Made by a program: the position numbers and the translations under genes. Shown here in pieces: positions 53,666 through 64,000 of a DNA stretch of 64,000 bases. Within the stretch, counting starts at the first letter, position 1. Each line of letters begins with the position of its first letter. The DNA lies in assembly GCF_044324875.1 (NCBI RefSeq), contig NZ_CP172185.1. One strand, 5' to 3'. The DNA comes from Escherichia coli (GTDB lineage: Bacteria > Pseudomonadota > Gammaproteobacteria > Enterobacterales > Enterobacteriaceae). The notes below the pieces were generated by a model, which was not told the origin of the DNA, ran no database searches, and saw only the letters and a list, made by a program, of their open reading frames with translations.

Positions 53666-54529
53666 TTACTCGATATTCTGGATCTGCTCGCGCATCTGCT
53701 CAATCAACACTTTCAGCTCAATCGCGGAGTTTGTCACTTCGGCATTGATAGACTTCGACGCAAGAGTGTTCGACTCGCGGTTGAATTCCTGCATCATAAA
53801 GTCCAGACGACGACCAACGGCTTCTTTTTTCTTCAGAATGTTGTAGGTCTCTTTGACATGCGCTTCTAGGCGGTCCAGTTCTTCGGCAACGTCAATTCGT
53901 TGTGCCAGCAGAACCAACTCCTGCTCCAGACGGTTGTTTTCCAACTGAACCTGAGCATCTTCCAGCTTCGCGACCAGACGCTCACGCTGCCATTGCAGGA
54001 TTTCCGGCATATGGGCGCGGACTTTGACCACTTCGGCGGTGACGCCTTCCAGACGCTGCTCGATCAATGCTTTCAGCGCCTGACCTTCGGTTTCGCGCGC
54101 GACGATAAAGTCGTCCAGCGTACCATCCAACGCCGCGAGAATTTCAGCGGCAATCGCGTCGAGATCCTGCTCCTGGGCTGCCATCACGCCCGGCCAGCGT
54201 AGAATATCAACCGGGTTGATTTCCCCTTCGTCACTCTGCATTTTTACCCAGTTCGCGGCAGTTACCAGCTGTTTAGCCAGTTTTTCGTTGAGGATCAGCT
54301 CACCTTGTGCGCTAACATCTGGTTCATAGCGCAGGGTACATTCCACTTTACCGCGCGTCAGGCGAGAACGAATACGCTCGCGAACGACAGGTTCAAGGCT
54401 ACGGAACTGCTCCGGCAGACGAAAGTAAGTTTCCAGATAACGCTGGTTTACCGAGCGCATTTCCCAGGTTGCGCTCCCCCATTCACCCTTGATTTCACGC
54501 CGGGCGTAGGCGGTCATACTGCGGATCAT
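53666..54529 (-). CDS. yicC: YicC-family protein (UPF0701)
   Basis: 287 aa, matches K-12 YicC. Confidence 0.95.
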   Translation of the reverse strand: MIRSMTAYARREIKGEWGSATWEMRSVNQRYLETYFRLPEQFRSLEPVVRERIRSRLTRGKVECTLRYEPDVSAQGELILNEKLAKQLVTAANWVKMQSDEGEINPVDILRWPGVMAAQEQDLDAIAAEILAALDGTLDDFIVARETEGQALKALIEQRLEGVTAEVVKVRAHMPEILQWQRERLVAKLEDAQVQLENNRLEQELVLLAQRIDVAEELDRLEAHVKETYNILKKKEAVGRRLDFMMQEFNRESNTLASKSINAEVTNSAIELKVLIEQMREQIQNIE

Positions 54530-54655
54530 AGACGTTCCTGTTTATAAAAGGAGAGGTGGAAGGATTATAGCCATCGATGCCTTGTCAGGATAGGAATAAC
54601 CGCCGGAAGTCCGTATAATGCGCAGCCACATTTGTTTCAAGCCGGAGATTTCAAT

Positions 54656-55372
54656 ATGCGTCCAGCAGGCCGTAGCAATAATCAGGTGCGTCCCGTTACC
54701 CTGACTCGTAACTATACAAAACATGCAGAAGGCTCGGTGCTGGTCGAATTTGGCGATACCAAAGTATTGTGTACCGCCTCTATTGAAGAAGGCGTGCCGC
54801 GCTTCCTGAAAGGTCTGGGCCAGGGCTGGATCACCGCAGAGTACGGCATGCTGCCACGTTCTACCCACACCCGTAACGCGCGTGAAGCGGCGAAAGGTAA
54901 GCAGGGTGGACGCACCATGGAAATCCAGCGTCTGATCGCCCGTGCTCTTCGTGCGGCAGTAGATTTGAAAGCGCTGGGTGAGTTCACTATTACGCTGGAC
55001 TGCGACGTGCTTCAGGCTGATGGTGGCACGCGTACCGCTTCGATTACGGGTGCCTGCGTGGCGCTGGCAGATGCGCTACAGAAGCTGGTGGAAAACGGCA
55101 AGCTGAAAACCAACCCGATGAAAGGGATGGTAGCCGCAGTTTCTGTCGGGATTGTGAACGGCGAAGCGGTTTGCGATCTGGAATACGTTGAAGACTCTGC
55201 CGCTGAAACGGACATGAACGTGGTGATGACTGAAGACGGGCGCATCATTGAAGTGCAGGGGACGGCAGAAGGCGAGCCGTTCACCCATGAAGAGCTTCTC
55301 ACCTTGTTGGCGCTGGCCCGAGGGGGAATCGAATCCATTGTAGCGACGCAGAAGGCGGCGCTGGCAAACTGA
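54656..55372 (+). CDS. rph: RNase PH, full-length 238 aa
   Basis: Intact to ...ATQKAALAN, with no K-12-type rph-1 frameshift. Confidence 0.95.
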   Translation: MRPAGRSNNQVRPVTLTRNYTKHAEGSVLVEFGDTKVLCTASIEEGVPRFLKGLGQGWITAEYGMLPRSTHTRNAREAAKGKQGGRTMEIQRLIARALRAAVDLKALGEFTITLDCDVLQADGGTRTASITGACVALADALQKLVENGKLKTNPMKGMVAAVSVGIVNGEAVCDLEYVEDSAAETDMNVVMTEDGRIIEVQGTAEGEPFTHEELLTLLALARGGIESIVATQKAALAN

Positions 55373-55379
55373 TTTTTAA

Positions 55380-55405
55380 GGCGACTGATGAGTCGCCTTT
55401 TTTTT
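55380..55405 (+). terminator. pyrE attenuator/terminator hairpin
   Basis: ggcgact-gatg-agtcgcc followed by T8, between rph and pyrE. This is the known UTP-sensitive attenuator location. Confidence 0.85.
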
Positions 55406-55437
55406 GTCTGTAGAAAAGTAAGATGAGGAGCGAAGGC

Positions 55438-56079
55438 ATGAAACCATATCAGCGCCAGTTTATTGAATTTGCGCTTAGCAAGCAGGTGTTAAAGTTTGGC
55501 GAGTTTACGCTGAAATCCGGGCGCAAAAGCCCCTATTTCTTCAACGCCGGGCTGTTTAATACCGGGCGCGATCTGGCACTGTTAGGCCGTTTTTACGCTG
55601 AAGCATTGGTGGATTCCGGCATTGAGTTCGATCTGCTGTTTGGCCCTGCTTACAAAGGGATCCCGATTGCGACCACTACCGCCGTGGCGCTGGCGGAGCA
55701 TCATGACCTTGACCTGCCGTACTGCTTTAACCGCAAAGAGGCAAAATACCACGGTGAAGGCGGCAATCTGGTTGGTAGCGCGTTACAAGGACGCGTAATG
55801 CTGGTAGATGATGTGATCACCGCCGGAACGGCGATCCGCGAGTCGATGGAAATTATTCAGGCCAATGGCGCGACGCTTGCTGGCGTATTGATTTCGCTCG
55901 ATCGTCAGGAACGGGGGCGCGGCGAGATTTCGGCAATTCAGGAAGTTGAGCGTGATTACAACTGCAAAGTGATCTCTATCATCACCCTGAAAGACCTGAT
56001 TGCTTACCTGGAAGAGAAGCCGGAAATGGCGAAACATCTGGCGGCGGTTAAGGCCTATCGCGAAGAGTTCGGCGTTTAA
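55438..56079 (+). CDS. pyrE: Orotate phosphoribosyltransferase
   Basis: 213 aa from [23 protein letters not shown]. Confidence 0.95.
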   Translation: MKPYQRQFIEFALSKQVLKFGEFTLKSGRKSPYFFNAGLFNTGRDLALLGRFYAEALVDSGIEFDLLFGPAYKGIPIATTTAVALAEHHDLDLPYCFNRKEAKYHGEGGNLVGSALQGRVMLVDDVITAGTAIRESMEIIQANGATLAGVLISLDRQERGRGEISAIQEVERDYNCKVISIITLKDLIAYLEEKPEMAKHLAAVKAYREEFGV

Positions 56080-56115
56080 AGAAACTCGCCGGATGAAAAG
56101 TCATCCGGCGTCATA

Positions 56116-56712
56116 TTACTGCAACTGTGCGGCAATTAGCGGCCAGCGGGCGTCAAAATCATCCGTCGGGCGGTATTTAAACTCGCTGCGGACAAAGCGT
56201 GACAGCATACCTTCACAGAAGGCCAGGATCTGGCTTGCCAGCAGGGTTTCATCGGTGGTGTAACCTTCACCCTCACGCATTCTCTTTTCGCGCAATACCT
56301 GACGCAACTGCGCTTCAATACGCTCGAACAGCTGGTTGATGCGCCCTTGCAGGCGATCCTGTTCAAACATTAGTGCATGACCAGTGAGGATGCGAGTCAG
56401 GCCAGGATTACGCTCACCAAAACCGAGAAGCAGCAACACAATCAGACGCAGGCGCGCTGTGGTGTCCTTCTCATCTTTCAGAATCAGATTGATGCGAGTA
56501 ATCAGGCTATCTTCGATAAACTCAATCAGGCTATCGAACATGCGGGTCTTACTGGGGAAGTGGCGATACAGTGCCGCTTCGGAAACGCCGACAGAGGCGG
56601 CCAGTTTTGCCGTCGTGATACGTTGGCTTCCATCGCTGGATTCCAGCATCAGCGCCAGAGACTGAAGTATTTCCTCGCGACGGTTCCTTTTCGCAGTTTG
56701 TTTTTCTGCCAT
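56116..56712 (-). CDS. slmA: Nucleoid occlusion factor SlmA (TetR family)
   Basis: 198 aa from [20 protein letters not shown]. Confidence 0.95.
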
Positions 56713-56818
56713 GTTACAAAATACCCCTGAAAATAAGCACTTGCCAGGCGGCACCCACGCTATGACCGCAAACGAAATGTTTGCGGCTATGTTATGACGT
56801 TATTCGGATGCGTATGTG

Positions 56819-57277
56819 TTACTGACGACCAGAGTGACCAAAGCCGCCTTCACCGCGGTCGGTGGCGTCGAAATCTTCCACCAGATTAAATTCAGCCTGT
56901 ACTACCGGAACAAAAATCATCTGGGCGATGCGTTCACCAGGTTGAATGGTGAAGCTGTCCTGACCACGGTTCCACACGGAAATCATTAACTGGCCCTGAT
57001 AGTCGGAATCGATCAATCCTACCAGGTTACCAAGCACGATACCGTGCTTATGTCCCAATCCGGAGCGCGGCAGCATCATTGCCGCCAGTGAAGGATCGGC
57101 AATATGAATCGCCAGCCCGGTCGGAACCAGCGTAGTGTCACCCGGAGCCAGTTCTACGGCGTCGTCGAGACAGGCACGCAGGTCAAGTCCGGCAGAGCCA
57201 GAGGTGGCATAAGTCGGGAGCGGAAATTCCTTCCCAACGCGCGGGTCCAGAATCTTAACGTCGATTTTTTTCATCAT
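56819..57277 (-). CDS. dut: dUTP diphosphatase
   Basis: [35 protein letters not shown]... Confidence 0.95.
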
Positions 57278-58475
57278 AACGGGTCACGATCTCGTCGAGT
57301 AATAATTGGCCAAGGAGCTCTTTGCGCTCAAGCGGTAAGACTTTATCTCCGTCCTGCCAGAAAAGGTGTAATGCGTTGTTGTCGCTGTTAAATCCTTGAG
57401 TTGGCTGGGAAACATCGTTCGCGCAGATCAGATCAAGGTTTTTACGGATACGTTTTTGCCGGGCGTATTCTTCCACATTATTTGTTTCGGCGGCAAATCC
57501 AACGACGTAGGGTCGATGGTCTTTTAGTGCGGCAACGCCTGCGACGATATCGGGGTTTTTAACCATTTTTATTGTTAATTCATCACCCTGCGTGGCCTGC
57601 TTTTTGATTTTTTCTGGGGCCACGGTAGCTGCGCGATAATCCGCCACGGCGGCGCAACCGATAAAAATATTTTGCTGCTGTACAGAAGCATTCACGGCGG
57701 CTTCCATTTCCAGCGCGGTCATCACATCAACACGTTTAACAAACGGTGGCGTCGGTAGTGAAACTGGACCTGATACCAGCGTGACGTTCGCGCCACGACG
57801 GGCAGCAGCGGCGGCGATAGCAAAACCCATCTTGCCGGAGCTGTGATTAGAGATATAACGCACCGGATCGAGCGGTTCACGCGTCGGGCCGGCGGTAATC
57901 ATAATGTTCAGATGTTTCAGGTCGTTGACGGGCGAAAAATGCGCTACTGCCATATCCACAATGGTTAACGGATCGAGCATTCGCCCAGGACCGATATCAC
58001 CACAAGCCTGACTGCCACTGTCTGGCCCCCAGATGAGCAAACCACGGGAAGCAAGCACCTCTAAATTATGCTGCGTGGCAGCGGCACGGTACATCTGCTG
58101 GTTCATGGCGGGGAGCACGGCTACAGGCGCAGGTGTAGCCAGACAAATCGTCGATACCAGGTCATTCGCCATTCCGGCAGCAACACGGGCAATCAAATCT
58201 GCCGTGGCAGGGGCGAGAATCACTAAATCAGCCCATTTACCCAGCTCAATATGGCCCATAGCGGCTTCGGCTGCCGGGTCCAGCAAACTGTCGGAAACGG
58301 GATAACCAGAAACCGCCTGCAAGCTAAGTGGGGTGATAAAGGCTTTTGCCGCTTCGGTCATGGCTACGCGGACGTCGGCCCCGCGATCGCGCAAACGACG
58401 CACCAGTTCAGGGGTTTTATAGGCAGCAATACCGCCGCTGACGCCGAGAACGATTTTTTTACCGGCCAGGCTCAT
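57255..58475 (-). CDS. coaBC: Bifunctional phosphopantothenoylcysteine decarboxylase/synthetase
   Basis: 406 aa from [20 protein letters not shown]. Its 3' end overlaps the dut start. Confidence 0.95.
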
Positions 58476-58646
58476 GATGATTTTTCCTGTTTGGTGACAC
58501 CAGAAGTTGGCGATTTTATCACAATACTTTTGTTGTCGTGCCTTCACCTGAGAATCACTTTGCGAGGCGCTTTCCAGGATTGAAAACTGGCCGTCGATTT
58601 AACGGAACGGCTATGACAGGATGCGAGCACCACAAAGGAGGTGAAG

Positions 58647-59315
58647 GTGAAAAACAATTCACAGCTGTTGATGCCGCGCGAAAAAATGCTGAAGTTTGGT
58701 ATTAGCGCCTTAACGGATGTCGAGCTGCTGGCGCTATTTCTGCGTACCGGAACGCGCGGTAAAGATGTATTAACCCTGGCAAAAGAGATGCTGGAGAATT
58801 TCGGCTCTCTTTATGGCTTGTTAACCTCTGAATATGAACAATTTAGTGGCGTTCATGGAATTGGCGTGGCGAAATTTGCCCAGTTAAAGGGGATTGCTGA
58901 ACTGGCGCGGCGTTACTACAACGTGCGGATGCGTGAAGAAAGCCCTTTACTCAGCCCGGAGATGACGAGGGAATTTTTACAAAGCCAGCTCACGGGTGAG
59001 GAGCGGGAGATCTTTATGGTGATCTTTCTCGACTCCCAACACCGGGTTATAACGCATAGCCGCCTTTTTTCCGGCACGCTAAACCATGTTGAAGTCCATC
59101 CTCGGGAAATTATCCGCGAAGCGATAAAAATAAATGCCTCGGCGCTGATCCTTGCACATAATCACCCTTCGGGTTGTGCTGAACCCAGTAAAGCGGATAA
59201 ACTCATTACTGAACGGATAATAAAGAGTTGTCAGTTCATGGATTTACGCGTGCTCGACCATATCGTGATTGGGCGTGGAGAGTATGTTTCTTTTGCCGAA
59301 CGCGGCTGGATTTAA
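58647..59315 (+). CDS. yicR: RadC-like JAB-domain protein
   Basis: 222 aa from (V)[17 protein letters not shown], with the HNHPSG motif. Confidence 0.9.
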   Translation: MKNNSQLLMPREKMLKFGISALTDVELLALFLRTGTRGKDVLTLAKEMLENFGSLYGLLTSEYEQFSGVHGIGVAKFAQLKGIAELARRYYNVRMREESPLLSPEMTREFLQSQLTGEEREIFMVIFLDSQHRVITHSRLFSGTLNHVEVHPREIIREAIKINASALILAHNHPSGCAEPSKADKLITERIIKSCQFMDLRVLDHIVIGRGEYVSFAERGWI

Positions 59316-59510
59316 CCCGCTATGCGCGATCCTTCGGGATCTTTGTCTGTTCGGGACTTGAGCACATCGCTGAGTCAGCGTATACTACGCCACCTTTGAG
59401 AATCTCGGGTTTGGCATTTGGGCCTGGCAATCGAGAGTTCACATAGAACTGCGATGACCGGGCTGTAAAGCCTGACGAGGCGCCAATACCCCATACGAAG
59501 CTCGAGCTAA

Positions 59511-59768
<258 letters not shown>

Positions 59769-59785
59769 GTACTTAGAGGAAATAA

Positions 59786-59956
<171 letters not shown>

Positions 59957-59975
59957 TTCTCGCTTTGATGTAACG

Positions 59976-60004
59976 AAAAACCTCGCTCCGGCGGGGTTTT
60001 TTGT
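59976..60004 (+). terminator. rpmBG terminator
   Basis: aaaaacctcgc-tccg-gcggggtttttt. Confidence 0.75.
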
Positions 60005-60053
60005 TATCTGCTTACCCCCATATTGATTGCATCTGTTCATTCCTGGAGATGCT

Positions 60054-60863
60054 ATGCCTGAATTACCCGAAGTTGAAACCAGCCGTCGCGGCATAGAACC
60101 GCATCTCGTTGGTGCAACCATTCTTCATGCGGTGGTGCGCAACGGACGCTTGCGCTGGCCGGTTTCAGAAGAGATTTACCGATTAAGTGATCAACCAGTG
60201 CTTAGCGTGCAGCGGCGGGCTAAATATCTGCTGCTGGAGCTGCCGGAGGGCTGGATTATCATTCATTTGGGGATGTCTGGCAGCCTGCGCATCCTTCCAG
60301 AAGAATTTCCCCCTGAAAAGCATGACCATGTTGATTTGGTGATGAGCAACGGTAAAGTGCTGCGCTACACCGATCCGCGCCGCTTTGGTGCCTGGCTGTG
60401 GACCAAAGAGCTGGAAGGGCATAATGTGCTGGCCCATCTTGGACCGGAGCCGCTTAGCGACGATTTCAACGGTGAGTACCTGCATCAGAAGTGCGCGAAG
60501 AAAAAAACGGCGATTAAACCGTGGCTGATGGATAACAAGCTGGTGGTAGGCGTAGGGAATATCTATGCCAGCGAATCTCTGTTTGCGGCGGGGATCCATC
60601 CGGATCGGCTGGCGTCATCACTGTCGCTGGCAGAGTGTGAATTGTTAACTCAGGTGATTAAAGCGGTGTTGCTGCGTTCGATTGAGCAGGGCGGTACAAC
60701 GCTGAAAGATTTTCTGCAAAGCGACGGTAAACCGGGCTATTTCGCTCAAGAATTGCAGGTTTACGGGCGAAAAGGCGAGCCGTGTCGGGTGTGCGGTACG
60801 CCGATTGTGGCGACTAAACATGCGCAGCGGGCAACGTTTTATTGTCGGCAGTGCCAGAAGTAA
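60054..60863 (+). CDS. mutM: Formamidopyrimidine-DNA glycosylase
   Basis: 269 aa from [14 protein letters not shown], with a C-terminal zinc finger CRVCGTPI...CRQCQ. Confidence 0.95.
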   Translation: MPELPEVETSRRGIEPHLVGATILHAVVRNGRLRWPVSEEIYRLSDQPVLSVQRRAKYLLLELPEGWIIIHLGMSGSLRILPEEFPPEKHDHVDLVMSNGKVLRYTDPRRFGAWLWTKELEGHNVLAHLGPEPLSDDFNGEYLHQKCAKKKTAIKPWLMDNKLVVGVGNIYASESLFAAGIHPDRLASSLSLAECELLTQVIKAVLLRSIEQGGTTLKDFLQSDGKPGYFAQELQVYGRKGEPCRVCGTPIVATKHAQRATFYCRQCQK

Positions 60864-60901
60864 TTCATGCGCGCCGGATGGCGTACCATCCGGCATAAAC
60901 G

Positions 60902-62666
<1,765 letters not shown>

Positions 62667-63017
62667 AGTAAATAGCTGACTTATGGATGTGCTGGGGATT
62701 CTATGTATTTAGCTGTGGCTTTACCATTACTTTTCCCGTTTTTGACTTAAATAGCAATTTAGCCGCCAATTCTTGCTGAACATCTATACTTTTTTTGTAT
62801 TTTTATGCGTTTCATTGATTTCTGCAGTACGTGCAGGAAGGAATCGCAGAGCAACAGTGAAAGAATATGGTTGCTAATGATTTTATTTGATTGATTTCTT
62901 TATTGAAAATCAACAATGTGCTTAAAAATCATTCGGGTCGGATTGCCGCGAAAGAAGTGATACACTAGCGCGTCAATATCAGTGCGGTATCAGTATTCAG
63001 GTAGCTGTTGAGCCTGG

Positions 63018-63029
63018 GGCGGTAGCGTG
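63018..63029 (+). promoter_or_regulatory. ops element (RfaH recruitment) within the JUMPstart sequence of the waaQ operon leader
   Basis: ggcggtagcgtg is an exact ops consensus, about 50 nt upstream of the waaQ start. Confidence 0.85.
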
Positions 63030-63078
63030 CTTTTTCTGCTTCACCTTAATCGGATAATCTCAACAAAAAGAGTTACTT

Positions 63079-64000
63079 GTGGATAAGCCATTTCGAAGAA
63101 TTTTGCTCATTAAGATGCGTTTTCATGGGGATATGTTATTAACTACTCCCGTCATTAGTTCGCTGAAAAAAAATTACCCTGACGCAAAAATCGATGTGCT
63201 GCTTTATCAGGACACCATCCCGATCCTATCTGAAAATCCAGAGATTAACGCGCTCTACGGCATAAAAAATAAAAAAGCAAAAGCCGCAGAAAAAATTGCC
63301 AACTTTTTTCATCTCATCAAGGTATTACGTGCCAATAAGTATGACCTTATCGTTAATCTTACCGAACAATGGATGGTTGCTATACTGGTTCGCTTATTAA
63401 ATGCCCGTGTGAAAATTTCCCAGGATTATCATCATCGGCAGTCTGCTTTTTGGCGTAATAGTTTCACTCATTTGGTGCCGTTGCAGGGTGGAAATGTGGT
63501 GGAAAGTAACTTATCCGTGCTGACACCATTGGGACTTGATTCGTTGGTGAAGCAGACAACCATGAGTTACCCGCCTGCAAGCTGGAAACGTATGCGTCGC
63601 GAACTTGATCACGCTGGTGTTGGACAAAATTATGTGGTTATCCAACCTACGGCGCGGCAAATCTTCAAATGTTGGGACAACGCCAAGTTTTCCGCTGTGA
63701 TTGATGCCTTACATGCTCGTGGTTATGAAGTCGTTCTGACGTCCGGCCCAGATAAAGACGATCTGGCCTGCGTCAATGAAATTGCGCAGGGATGCCAGAC
63801 GCCACCAGTAACGGCGCTGGCTGGAAAGGTGACCTTCCCGGAACTTGGTGCGTTAATCGATCATGCGCAGCTGTTTATTGGCGTTGATTCCGCACCGGCG
63901 CATATTGCCGCTGCAGTTAATACGCCGCTGATATCGCTGTTTGGTGCGACAGACCATATTTTCTGGCGTCCATGGTCAAATAACATGATTCAATTCTGGG
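63079..64000 (+). CDS. waaQ: LPS heptosyltransferase III, 5' part (runs off the right window edge; absent from the ORF track)
   Basis: My own translation from the GTG at 63079 is (M)DKPFRRILLIKMRFHGDMLLTTPVISSLKKNYPDAKIDVLLYQDTIPILSENPEINALYG..., GT9 heptosyltransferase, open to the window end. Confidence 0.85.
   Translation, partial: MDKPFRRILLIKMRFHGDMLLTTPVISSLKKNYPDAKIDVLLYQDTIPILSENPEINALYGIKNKKAKAAEKIANFFHLIKVLRANKYDLIVNLTEQWMVAILVRLLNARVKISQDYHHRQSAFWRNSFTHLVPLQGGNVVESNLSVLTPLGLDSLVKQTTMSYPPASWKRMRRELDHAGVGQNYVVIQPTARQIFKCWDNAKFSAVIDALHARGYEVVLTSGPDKDDLACVNEIAQGCQTPPVTALAGKVTFPELGALIDHAQLFIGVDSAPAHIAAAVNTPLISLFGATDHIFWRPWSNNMIQFW

Noticed and set aside
54656-55372. rph is full length here, unlike the K-12 laboratory allele
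   Set aside because: The K-12 frameshift is a laboratory-strain peculiarity, so the intact gene is the normal wild-type state.
60864-60901. Palindromic gccggatgg-cgta-ccatccggc between mutM and coaD
   Set aside because: It is an ordinary REP-like or bidirectional terminator hairpin between convergent core genes, as expected in E. coli.

Overview
This is Escherichia coli chromosome centred on the tRNA-Sec gene selC, identified from memory of E. coli proteins and IS sequences with no searches run. It has four parts.

1. 1-27795 is the selC-proximal part of a genomic island that runs off the left edge. It starts next to selC with an intact P4-type integrase. Going leftwards it carries:
   - an orphan TPR-like gene;
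   - an AT-rich GH31 hydrolase / ExuT-like MFS / LacI module;
   - a nested IS pile (IS5 fragment, then IS1 interrupted by an IS66-family element with a perfect 8-bp target duplication);
   - a complete seven-gene fructooligosaccharide (fos-like) locus;
   - a solo Tn3 38-bp inverted repeat;
   - a 5'-truncated nuclease-like gene;
   - an IS3-family fragment abutting an IS2-like element;
   - a frameshifted MFS pseudogene;
   - an aldo/keto-reductase fragment cut by IS100.
   The layout resembles, from memory, the AGI-3 selC island of avian ExPEC.
2. 27796-31893 is core sequence: selC, yicJ, yicI.
3. 31894-39173 is a second accessory insertion between yicI and yicH. It encodes a PRD-type regulator, fructose-family PTS IIA/IIB/IIC, two class II aldolases, a ROK kinase and a cupin sugar isomerase (frz-operon-like).
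4. 39174-64000 is conserved core: yicH, xanP, gltS, recG-trmH-spoT-rpoZ, gmk, ligB, yicG, dinD, yicC, rph-pyrE, slmA, dut, coaBC, yicR, rpmB-rpmG, mutM, coaD, waaA, and waaQ (5' part).

I found no CRISPR array, no rRNA and no intact recognisable defence system. The least explained items are the TPR-like orphan beside the integrase, the paralogous FosX/FosY predicted outer-membrane barrels, the GH31 plus anion-symporter pairing, and a nuclease-gene relic that may have been Tn3-family cargo.
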